A stretch of 64,000 nt of DNA from an uncultured Actinomycetes bacterium. GTDB lineage: Bacteria; Actinomycetota; Thermoleophilia; Gaiellales; JAICJC01. This document shows, piece after piece, positions 42,920 to 50,621 of the stretch. The stretch spans positions 1,680,336 through 1,744,335 of the forward strand of contig CAVOFQ010000003.1 in assembly GCA_963695025.1 (NCBI GenBank), given 5' to 3'. Within the stretch, counting starts at the first letter, position 1. Every line of letters starts with the position of its first letter. The notes below the pieces were generated by a model, which saw nothing but the letters and a program-made list of their open reading frames with translations, had not been told where the DNA came from and did no database searches. The translations under genes and the position numbers were made by a program.

Positions 42920-44008
42920 ATGTTTATTGCACGGTCTATGCGGTCTGAACCCGCGCTCGCGGCTTTGTCGGTCAGGCGTTGGCGCCGCATCGGGCTGGCG
43001 TCGGCGTTTGACCGTTTCCGTCCCGCCGGGCGCGGCCAGGCCGGGCAGACGCTGCCGTTGATCTGTCTGTTCTCGATGACTCTGCTCGGGTTCGTCGGCT
43101 TGGTGATCGACGTGAGCAGCACGTATGTTCAGCGACAAGAGATCCAGAACGCGGCCGATGCCGCTGCGCTGGCGGGCGCGGCGGCGATTCCCACCGGGAC
43201 ATACCAGACGGCAGCCCAAGAGATCGCAACCAAGAATGACGTTACCGGCGACCACGTCGCGGTTAGCTTCAACAACACCGACTCGGTGACCGTCACCGTC
43301 ACCCGGTCTGCCCCCACCTACTTTCTGCGCATGTTCGACATGAACTCGATCTCGGTGTCCGCCACCGCCACGGCCAGGATCGAGGCGATCGGTCAAATCC
43401 AGGGGCACGTGTCCCCCTACGTGGTTACCCAGCAGGCATATGCGAACGGCACCGGAACAACGCTCTTTACGGAGAACGGACCCGGCTCCTACGGCACCGT
43501 CGACCTGCCCACTTCGGACAACACCTCCGGTGGCAGTTGCACCGGCAACACCAACAAAGGCACACCCACAAACATCGGCAACGAGCTCAGCGACCAACTC
43601 GCGACCGGGTCGCTCCTGGTCGGAGGCTGCCTGTCGGTAAAAGGCGGCGCATCCCAGCCATCGGCGAACATCGTCAACCAGATCCCGCCGGCCAACAACG
43701 CCATGAGCCAAGACCTGCAAAGCCAGGGCAACGGCCAATACCAAGTCATCCCCCAACCATGGGACGACGCCAACGGCCTGCCCCCACGGCTGATGTACAT
43801 CCCCATCGTCCAATCGCTGCCCGGCGGCAACGGCAACGCCACCATCACCAGCTTCGCCTGGTTCTACCTGACCAGCGCCACCGGCGGCGGCAGCGGCCTC
43901 ACCATCACCGGACAATGGGTCACCGTCGACCTACCCGCCACAGGACAAACCACCACCTACCAACCCGGCGTCCAAGGCCAAATCCTCGCCATCGAACTCA
44001 CCCAATAA
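42920..44008 (+). CDS. TadG-like (Tad_N / Flp pilus-assembly TadE/G-like N-terminal domain) protein, paralog 1
   Basis: Part of track ORF 42626..44008, starting at ATG 42920 (start uncertain). GQTLPLICLFSMTLLGFVGLVIDVSSTYVQRQEIQNAADAAALAGA is the Tad_N signature. APTYFLRMF, LVGGCL and the C-terminal ...LTQ are shared with paralog 2. Confidence 0.75.
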   Translation: MFIARSMRSEPALAALSVRRWRRIGLASAFDRFRPAGRGQAGQTLPLICLFSMTLLGFVGLVIDVSSTYVQRQEIQNAADAAALAGAAAIPTGTYQTAAQEIATKNDVTGDHVAVSFNNTDSVTVTVTRSAPTYFLRMFDMNSISVSATATARIEAIGQIQGHVSPYVVTQQAYANGTGTTLFTENGPGSYGTVDLPTSDNTSGGSCTGNTNKGTPTNIGNELSDQLATGSLLVGGCLSVKGGASQPSANIVNQIPPANNAMSQDLQSQGNGQYQVIPQPWDDANGLPPRLMYIPIVQSLPGGNGNATITSFAWFYLTSATGGGSGLTITGQWVTVDLPATGQTTTYQPGVQGQILAIELTQ

Positions 44009-44064
44009 CCCCTGCCCACCCATCCACCCCAAAACAAACCACATCGTGCTAGAAGGAGAACCAC

Positions 44065-44223
44065 ATGTCACACACGCTCGCCAAACTACACGCCGAGGCC
44101 GGCCAGACGATGGCCGAATACGCCGTCGTCCTGGGCGTCATCACCATCGCCGTAGTAGTCACCCTGGGATTGCTCAGCACCGCCATCCAGGGCACCCTCA
44201 CCAACGTCATCGCCGCCCTCTAG
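44065..44223 (+). CDS. flp: Flp family type IVb prepilin (52 aa)
   Basis: Not in ORF track (below the length cutoff; the overlapping track ORF 44046..44243 is in the wrong frame). GAAGGAGAA lies 5 nt upstream of the ATG. MSHTLAKLHAEAG|QTMAEYAVVLGVITIAVVVTLGLLSTAIQGTLTNVIAAL contains the G/xxxxEY processing motif followed by a hydrophobic helix. Confidence 0.85.
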   Translation: MSHTLAKLHAEAGQTMAEYAVVLGVITIAVVVTLGLLSTAIQGTLTNVIAAL

Positions 44224-45087
44224 ACCGCCGCGACGGGGTATAGAACGTTCGGGGTGGCCGGCGCACGTCCTTCGGTCGAGCGGCCGGCCGTCGCCACCTA
44301 TGCGGTTGGCCGCTTGAGCGCGACTGCCAGGAAGCCAAGCGGTGGAGGGTTACGGGAGCGTCGCCGAGGTACTCTCGGCGGCACGGGAAGTCGAGCGGGC
44401 CGCCTGCTCATTGACGTGTCAGGTGGCCGCGTTCTCCATCTAGGCGGATGCGGGTATTGGTGGGTGGGGTGGCCCGGCCTGCAGGCAGCGCCTCCGCCGC
44501 CATCTCGCGGTCGCCGTCGACCTCGGCGGGGTCGGCGAGCAGTCCGACCAGGACGAAGCGCCATTCAGGCTGGGTGCAGCGGCCCGAGCATCGCTGCAAG
44601 CCGAACATGAGTTCCGACTCATACCACCGGTCAAGCAGCGCCGCGCGCCTGAGCGGATCGTCGTGCTGTTGTCGCTCGCAGGGCTCGTCACGCTGGTCGG
44701 GGTGAGGCGCCCCGCATCGTGGGCAGGGGAAGCTGCCAATCGGCGACGATCGTTTTGTAAAGGACCGGTCTCAGATTGCCGGATCTCGTCACTGACGTTG
44801 CCGGTCGCGCCGCCTTGCTAGTCGCAACGATGCTCCATGCCCAGCCCGCGGACTGTTGCTGCTCAACTATCATGATCAACTCTTTCGGGGGCGGGGGGTA
44901 GCGCGCTTCCGCGAAGCTTGTACGCTGGATGTATGTCACCGAGTCGGGACCCATCAGGGCCGATTCGGTGTACTCGCATCCTTTAAGACACACCAAGGGC
45001 TCGATACGGAAGGGCCGTCGTCCCCCGAGGCAGTACTTCCCGCGATTGCGTATTTCGCTCGAGCCACCCGACTCCAAAGACATCCCC

Positions 45088-46071
45088 GTGGGCGGACTCC
45101 AACAAGCGCGTGGCCAGACGCTACCCGTGATCGTGCTTTTCATGGTGAGCATTCTCGGCATAGCTGGTCTTACGATTGATGCAGGCAGTTTGCTCCAAGC
45201 CAAGCAAACCACTCAGGTGAATGCGGATGCGGCTGCGCTCGCGGTTGCACAGGGCATGGTCAACGGTCAGTGGTCAACCTACGCGGCGCACAACTTCGGC
45301 GTCAACAACAAGACCACCGAGTCCGGCAGCTACTCGCTGACAACGTACCTCGCGGCAAACGACTCGGTCACCGCCACAGTCGTCTACCAAGCACCCACCT
45401 ACTTCAGCAAGATGTTCGGGTTCACCTCCGTACACGAGCAATCAGTTGCGCGGGCAACGGTGCAAAGCGTGCACTCATTCAGCGGGTCAAAAATGCCGTT
45501 CGCGCTCTTCAACAACTGTGTCCCGCCGATCGGCCAGACCGTCGTTGTCTACGGCGGCTCGAGTTGCGGATCGTCATCCTCAAACGTAGGCTCGATCCAA
45601 CTGCCGGCCTCCGGCCAGACCGCAGGCTCGTGCGACTCAAAGGGCGTTCCAAACTACACGCCCGTTGGCAACGGCAACGAGTTCGACAAGATCATGAACG
45701 GAACAGTTGCGACCGGCAACGTGCTCGTCGGCGGGTGCCTCGCACAGACGCAGACGGGCAAGGGCAGCGGTCCCGGCAACGACCTGTTCGCCGACTACCC
45801 CAACACGTCGCTCTGGCCCCCTGGCCGCGCTGATCCCGGTTGTGCAACAGGCCGCCGGCCAAGGCACCAAGGGCCATACACCGTGACCGCGTTTGAATGG
45901 ATCAGCATCACCGGGTGTTCGGGGGGCACCGGCCCAGTCTCCTGCAGCGGAGTCAGCGGCAAAGAGATCGACGGCCTACGACTCGGGATCTACGACGGAA
46001 CATCCTGCGCCGGGATCGTGACCGGCCCATACATCCCAGGCTATGCAAACAGCCTCGGCCTCACACAGTAG
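45088..46071 (+). CDS. TadG-like protein, paralog 2 (start uncertain; about 17 internal codons appear out of frame)
   Basis: Track ORF 44929..46071; GTG 45088 is my tentative start. GQTLPVIVLFMVSILGIAGLTIDAGSLLQAKQTTQVNADAAALAVA, APTYFSKMF, LVGGCL, ending ...LGLTQ. Between about 45829 and 45880 the +1 frame (ALIPVVQQAAGQGTKGH) aligns with paralog 1 (MYIPIVQSLPGGNGNAT), whereas the ORF frame (ADPGCATGRRPRHQGP) does not. Confidence 0.6.
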   Translation: MGGLQQARGQTLPVIVLFMVSILGIAGLTIDAGSLLQAKQTTQVNADAAALAVAQGMVNGQWSTYAAHNFGVNNKTTESGSYSLTTYLAANDSVTATVVYQAPTYFSKMFGFTSVHEQSVARATVQSVHSFSGSKMPFALFNNCVPPIGQTVVVYGGSSCGSSSSNVGSIQLPASGQTAGSCDSKGVPNYTPVGNGNEFDKIMNGTVATGNVLVGGCLAQTQTGKGSGPGNDLFADYPNTSLWPPGRADPGCATGRRPRHQGPYTVTAFEWISITGCSGGTGPVSCSGVSGKEIDGLRLGIYDGTSCAGIVTGPYIPGYANSLGLTQ

Positions 46072-46082
46072 AAAGGACTGGA

Positions 46083-46268
46083 ATGAAAGTCTGCTCGAAC
46101 GACAACTGCAGCGCAACCGTATGGGACGACAACCAGATCTACTGCTCAGGTTCCTGCCAGATCATGCACCTCCGCAACATGTCCGAAGCAGACGCCCGCA
46201 TCGCGAAGCGCGGCGCGATCGAGGGTGGACTTCGGCAGCGACTCAGCCTCCCGCCCTTCAATTCCTAG
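46083..46268 (+). CDS. small four-Cys (zinc-ribbon-like) protein
   Basis: ATG 46083 after AAAGGA, within track ORF 45897..46268. MKVCSNDNCSATVWDDNQIYCSGSCQIMHLRNMSEADARIAKRG... Cys spacing is CxxxxC...CxxxC. Confidence 0.5.
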   Translation: MKVCSNDNCSATVWDDNQIYCSGSCQIMHLRNMSEADARIAKRGAIEGGLRQRLSLPPFNS

Positions 46269-46326
46269 GCCAAACCGTGGGCGCGCGGGGCGGCCGGGCC
46301 ATGTGATGTTCCGACGGAGGGGATGA

Positions 46327-46692
46327 CCTGCGCGCTCGGTCGACTCCGACCCGGTATTCACGAGCTCGACCGACGCGATGCTCGACCCGAGCAACCTGGC
46401 TGCGCGAGTCGTCAAGCCCGCGGCTCGAGCGGCCCGGCGTCGAGTGGGCGGCGTTCCACACGCTGCGCCATACCTGCGCGACGGAGCTCTTCCGTCGCGG
46501 CCTGAACGCCAAGCAGGTGCAGCTATGGTCGGCCACCACTCCCCCGCCTTCACGCTCCCCGTGTACGTGCATGTGCTGTCCGACGAGTTGCCGGCGTCAC
46601 CGTTCGAGCCGGAGGGTGGGAATCAGGTGGGAACGAGACCGACCGAGGCCGGGCGAGAAGCCTCGTCGATCGTCGCGGCCGAAACCGCCTGA
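46327..46692 (+). pseudogene. tyrosine recombinase/integrase remnant (C-terminal catalytic part only, internally frame-shifted twice)
   Basis: Frame of track ORF 46378..46692 reads ...DPVFTSSTDAMLDPSNLAARVVKPAARAA. The next frame reads PGVEWAAFHTLRHTCATELFRRGLNAKQVQLW. The first frame then resumes GHHSPAFTLPVYVHVLSDELP (HxLRH box and catalytic Tyr). There is no N-terminal core-binding or SAM-like domain upstream. Confidence 0.8.
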
Positions 46693-46741
46693 TAGCAGCA
46701 GGTTTCCAGCCTGCCCGAACAAGGGCGAGACAGCGCCGAGC

Positions 46742-46788
46742 GACTTCGAATCTGCCGGTCGTCCGTTCGAATCGGACCGGGCGCGTCG
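46742..46788 (+). repeat. attR-type direct repeat (displaced 3' fragment of tRNA-Arg)
   Basis: Identical to 38230..38276. It lacks the 5' half of the tRNA, so it is not a functional tRNA. Confidence 0.9.
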
Positions 46789-46997
46789 CCTAACCGGGCG
46801 GTTTCCGGCGACCACACATTGGCACGCTTCGTTGTTCTCAACCTGTGAGCCGGGTGCGGGGTGGTGCGGCTGATCGCTTCCTTTTGACGACAAAAATCAT
46901 TCTCTAGGCAACCAAATGTACGATCGCGCGCATGCCACGCCGACCAACCGCAGCCCACTGCATCTGCGCCCACCCGATCGACCCGTTGGCTCGGCGG

Positions 46998-48429
46998 ATG
47001 ACCGCTGCCCGGAGACGGCGAGTCGCGGCCGTGGCGCTCATGGTTGGGTTGTCGGCAGGGTGTGTCGGAGGGTCGACGGGGACCGAATCGACGATGCGCG
47101 GGACTCGCACGGAGGCGGCGATGACGAGCCCCGCGGGGATCCACAGGATCCGGCATGTGATCATCATCACGCAAGAGAACCGTTCGTTTGACTCCTACTT
47201 CGGCACCTACCCGGGCGCTGACGGGATCCCGATGCGCAACGGGCGACCGGCGGTGTGCATTCCCGATCCGCTCCGTGGTCGGTGCCAGCGTCCATACCAC
47301 GACCGGGCGCTGGTAAACGGCGGAGGGCCCGCACGGGCCGAGATCAGCTGTGAGGGATATCGGTGGTGGTCGGATGAAGGGGTTCCTGCGCCAGGCTGAA
47401 CAGGGCCGGCCAGGCTGCCTGCGCTCGTTTGGGCCGCTCAACCCGCTCTGCAGCCTGTCGCGGCTGCATCCCGACGTGATGGGCTATCACACCGCCGCGG
47501 AGATCCCCAACTACTGGGCATATGCACGCCGCTTCGTGCTGCAAGACCACATGTTCTCCCCGAACCTGGGCTGGAGCCTCCCCGCCCACCTGTACGGAGT
47601 ATCGGCGTGGTCGGCCACGTGCAAGAACCGCTCGCCCATGAGTTGCACCACTGCCCTCGGGATCCGGCGGGGCGGCAGGTCGGCGTTCACCGCGCTGCCG
47701 AGTACGCCATTCCGCTGGACGGACCTCACCTACGTACTCCACCGGGCGCATGTCAGCTGGCGCTACTACGTCCACGCCGGCCGCCTGCCCGACTGCGCCT
47801 CCGGCGCCCAGAAATGCCACCTCCCCCGACTGTCCGCCAAGACACCCGGAATCTGGAACCCTCTGCCGAGGTTCACGACCGTCCGCAAAGACCACCAATT
47901 GGGGGACATCCAGGGTGTACGCCGATTCTTCACCGCCGCTCGCAGGGGCGCCCTCCCTGCCGTTGCATGGATCGTCCCCGACGAGAAGCACAGCGAGCAC
48001 CCACCCGCAAACATCGCCGTCGGCCAAGCATGGGTAACCCACATCATCAACGCCGTCATGCGAAGCTCCGACTGGAACTCCACCGCCATCTTCCTCACCT
48101 GGGACGACTGGGGCGGCTTCTACGATCACGTTCGCCCACCCATCGTCGACCGCTACGGCTACGGACTGCGCGTCCCCGGCCTTGTCATCAGCCCCTATGC
48201 CCGCCAGGGCTACGTCGACCATCAAACCCTCAGCTTCGACGCCTACCTCAAATTCATCGAAGACGACTTCCTCCACGGCCAACGCCTCAACCCCAGAACC
48301 GACGGCCGACCCGACTCCCGACCCACCATCCGCGAAAACGCTCCCATCCTCGGCAACCTCACCCACGACTTCAACTTCCACCAACCCCCCCAACCGCCCT
48401 TCATCCTCCCACAGTACCCACACATCTAA
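46998..48429 (+). pseudogene. phosphoesterase-family (PLC/AcpA-like, PF04185-type) lipoprotein, frameshifted near 47325
   Basis: ATG 46998: MTAARRRRVAAVALMVGLSAGC (lipobox), then IRHVIIITQENRSFDSYFGTYPGADGIP (track ORF 46932..47399). The sense continues in track ORF 47350..48429 ([21 protein letters not shown]...[28 protein letters not shown]...[11 protein letters not shown]...[13 protein letters not shown]). Confidence 0.75.
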
Positions 48430-48780
48430 CGGCCAGGCATCGCCGCCCTGGCGAAACCAATATCACCATGCCTCACGGCGGACGTTCGTTGGGAACCTCG
48501 AGACCCGCCCGTGAGCTCGGCGACGATCGTCGCCGCCGGCATGGTCGCGTGCACGTCGCCGACTGAGGTTCGGGCATACATCGGCATCGCGGAGATCTCG
48601 CCATGCGCGGCGCCGGTCGGTGGTACCGGCGCGAACGGGGGAAGGCTGCGCTCAGCGACCGTGGCCACGACCTCCCTGTGAATGACGCGCGCCGCCGAGC
48701 CGATGCTGCCCGAGGCGACGCCGGGCAGATCGACCGCGGAGATCGTGTGCGCGCTGGGCCGAACTCGACGGTCGGATTGC
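48430..48780 (-). pseudogene. possible relic of an acetamidase/formamidase-like gene
   Basis: The minus frame reads ...ISAVDLPGVASGSIGSAARVIHREVVATVAERSLPPFAPVPPTGAAHGEISAMPMYARTSVGDVHATMPAATIVAELTGG. The GDxHA...E context is reminiscent of the FmdA/AmdA family. There is no start and no N-terminal part. Weak call. Confidence 0.25.
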
Positions 48781-49605
48781 CTACCGGCGGCCAGCGACGG
48801 CGAGTATGGCGTTGGTGCTGTCGTGCACGAGGCTCGGGGAGGGTTGTCCGCCGGGGAGTTCGACGACGAAGGAGGTCGTGCCAGGGAGTCGATGGTTCTC
48901 CCACCCGGTGACGCTTCCGGGATACCGCGGCAGTCGTGCTGCCGGCAGGTCGACCAGCCGGGCGAATCGGCGCTCGATCGCCACGGCTCCTCCCCCGAGG
49001 TCGACGACCGCGAGCGCCTGATGAAACCAGATCGAAAGCGTGGGCCGCACGTGGAGGATCAGGTTCGCCACGGCTCGGCTCTCAGGCTCGCTGAGGGGGC
49101 CGCGGCCGGAGTAGTGGACATCCCCGGGGCGGCCGATCCGGTGCCAACGGTAGGGAAAGTTCCGATTCAGGTCGACTTGATCACCGTTTTGGCGGCGGCG
49201 CGTCGCCAGGCCGTCTGGATTCAGCACCGGCACAAGCCAGAATGCCACCTCAGGTGAGAGCCGGCTGGTCATCAGCGTTCGCACAACCGCGATCCCGCCG
49301 GGCTCGTCTCCATGGATACAGCCGACCACGAGCACCCGATGAGACGCGTCCGGATCTCCTGATGTGTACAGCCACACCACTCGACCATCGACGGACCTGG
49401 CCAAGACTTCCCGCGCGCGGATCGGCGCCTCATCCTCCGACCGCGCCCGCCGTGCGGATCTGAGCGGAACAACGCGCGCGGTCGATCGCGGTGCGCTTCC
49501 GGTCGGCGCGCCGGCGGGCGCAGACGCGCAGCCGGCCCCCACTAGGAACACAAACACCGCCAGCACGCCGCATATGACGAACGGGTCCGACGCCGGCTGC
49601 CGCAT
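48781..49605 (-). CDS. M14-family zinc carboxypeptidase-like lipoprotein
   Basis: Track ORF 48781..49698. I start at ATG 49605 (MRQPASDPFVICGVLAVFVFLVGAGC, lipobox). VVGCIHGDEPGG, VPVLNPDG, VDLNRNFPYRW motifs. Confidence 0.8.
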   Translation of the reverse strand: MRQPASDPFVICGVLAVFVFLVGAGCASAPAGAPTGSAPRSTARVVPLRSARRARSEDEAPIRAREVLARSVDGRVVWLYTSGDPDASHRVLVVGCIHGDEPGGIAVVRTLMTSRLSPEVAFWLVPVLNPDGLATRRRQNGDQVDLNRNFPYRWHRIGRPGDVHYSGRGPLSEPESRAVANLILHVRPTLSIWFHQALAVVDLGGGAVAIERRFARLVDLPAARLPRYPGSVTGWENHRLPGTTSFVVELPGGQPSPSLVHDSTNAILAVAGRR

Positions 49606-49769
49606 CGGTTTACCCCGGGCGGCTCGTCTCGCGCGGGCACCGCCGCAGGAATGCCCCCCATCTGCCACGCGCATACCAGAACCATCGCAAACATGCATTG
49701 ACCCGAGGTTCGACCCGTGCGCACCATCCGCCGAACGGCCGAAACCGATGGTAGAGTCTGGAAACTGTC

Positions 49770-50378
49770 ATGCCGGGCCGATTCGAAGAGCTGATGGAGA
49801 GGTTGCGCGAGCTGCGGATTCGACGCCGGGGGCGGACCTCCCGGCCTCACGGGCTGGCGCACCGCCTTGGCGATCCGTTCGAGCGTCTGCGCGAGAGCGG
49901 GCGCTTCTCCGGCCTGCGGCACCGCGTGCGGCCGTGGCAGGCCGTTCCGGCGCTGGTCGCGGCGATCGCGCTGATCGTCGGCGGGTTCTGGCTGGGCGGC
50001 GCCATCGGCGGCCATGCAAGCGCAGCGACGCTCGTCCGCACCCTGACGGGCAAGGTGCTCACGAAGAACGGGATCCGCTACGTGAAGACGCCCGCCACGA
50101 CGGTGAAGGTCAACGGCAAGACGGTCCAGATCCCGGCCCGCACGGTCGCGCTGGCCGCAGACACCGTCATCTCCGGCACGACGGTCGCTGTCCCAATCAA
50201 TAGGACCGTCCCGGTGACGATCTTGACGACGGTCAATCACACGACGACCACGACGGTCGTCCAGACGCTCACCTTGACGGGGCCGACAACGACCGTTCAG
50301 GGGCCAACGCAGACGGTGACCGACACCATCACCATCACGCTGCCGGGGACGACCGTCACGCTGCCCGCGACGAGCTGA
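49770..50378 (+). CDS. single-pass membrane protein with Thr/Val-rich extracytoplasmic region, hypothetical
   Basis: 202 aa. Charged N-terminus, TM helix AVPALVAAIALIVGGFWLGGAIGG, then TTVKVNGKTVQIP...TTTTTVVQTLTLTGPTTTVQGPTQTVTDTITITLPGTTVTLPATS. Confidence 0.6.
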   Translation: MPGRFEELMERLRELRIRRRGRTSRPHGLAHRLGDPFERLRESGRFSGLRHRVRPWQAVPALVAAIALIVGGFWLGGAIGGHASAATLVRTLTGKVLTKNGIRYVKTPATTVKVNGKTVQIPARTVALAADTVISGTTVAVPINRTVPVTILTTVNHTTTTTVVQTLTLTGPTTTVQGPTQTVTDTITITLPGTTVTLPATS

Positions 50379-50621
50379 GGCCACTTCGTCGTGTCCGGCT
50401 CGGCGCCGCGCGCCGATCAACGGGGGATCACAGGCGGCCCATTCGGGGGATTGGCTTTCCCGGGCTGTGTCCGAATTTGTGAGTAGTGAGCGCGGCCGCC
50501 GGGGGGACGGCGTCGCGCCGAAACCTTCCTCGGAGGCACGGACGTGGCGCACCTCTCCGTCGAGCACTCGAACCGAATCGTTGCCTTGGCCGTCACGAGA
50601 GGACGACGCACTCGCGGGTCG

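Larger units (their letters stand above)
38230..46788 (+). mobile_element. decayed tRNA-Arg-integrated element (approx. 8.5 kb) with remnant tyrosine integrase and orphan flp/tadG cargo
   Basis: Perfect 47-nt direct repeats starting in the anticodon stem of tRNA-Arg. Integrase catalytic-domain remnant directly inside the right repeat. Cargo genes are unrelated to the flanking backbone and are mostly frame-disrupted. Confidence 0.75.

Noticed and set aside
42451-42920. Region upstream of TadG-like 1 with several overlapping track ORFs (42451..43122, 42598..42888, 42603..42884) and a short minus-frame end ...HHTLAAVEGDSFAPGCVPPATQELLDPRLRDLVLHPKQ*.
   Set aside because: None has a start/SD context or recognisable family. 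Treated as intergenic or relic DNA.
44046-44243. 65-aa track ORF overlapping the flp locus.
   Set aside because: Wrong frame (His/Arg/Pro-rich). The 52-aa frame with an SD and a G/xxxxEY motif is the credible gene.
44224-44930. 700-nt gap between flp and TadG-like 2. One minus frame reads CPRCGAPHPDQRDEPCERQQHDDPLRRAALLDRWYESELMFGLQRCSGRCTQPEWRFVLVGLLADPAEVDGDREMAAE... (includes track ORF 44408..44608).
   Set aside because: Protein-like texture and a CxxC pair, but no convincing start, no family I recognise, and neighbouring frames are also open. Probably another relic. Not called as a gene.
46742-46788. Possible additional tRNA-Arg gene.
   Set aside because: Only the 3' portion (anticodon loop to acceptor end) is present; the 5' acceptor, D arm and 5' anticodon stem are missing. 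It is the displaced att-site half.
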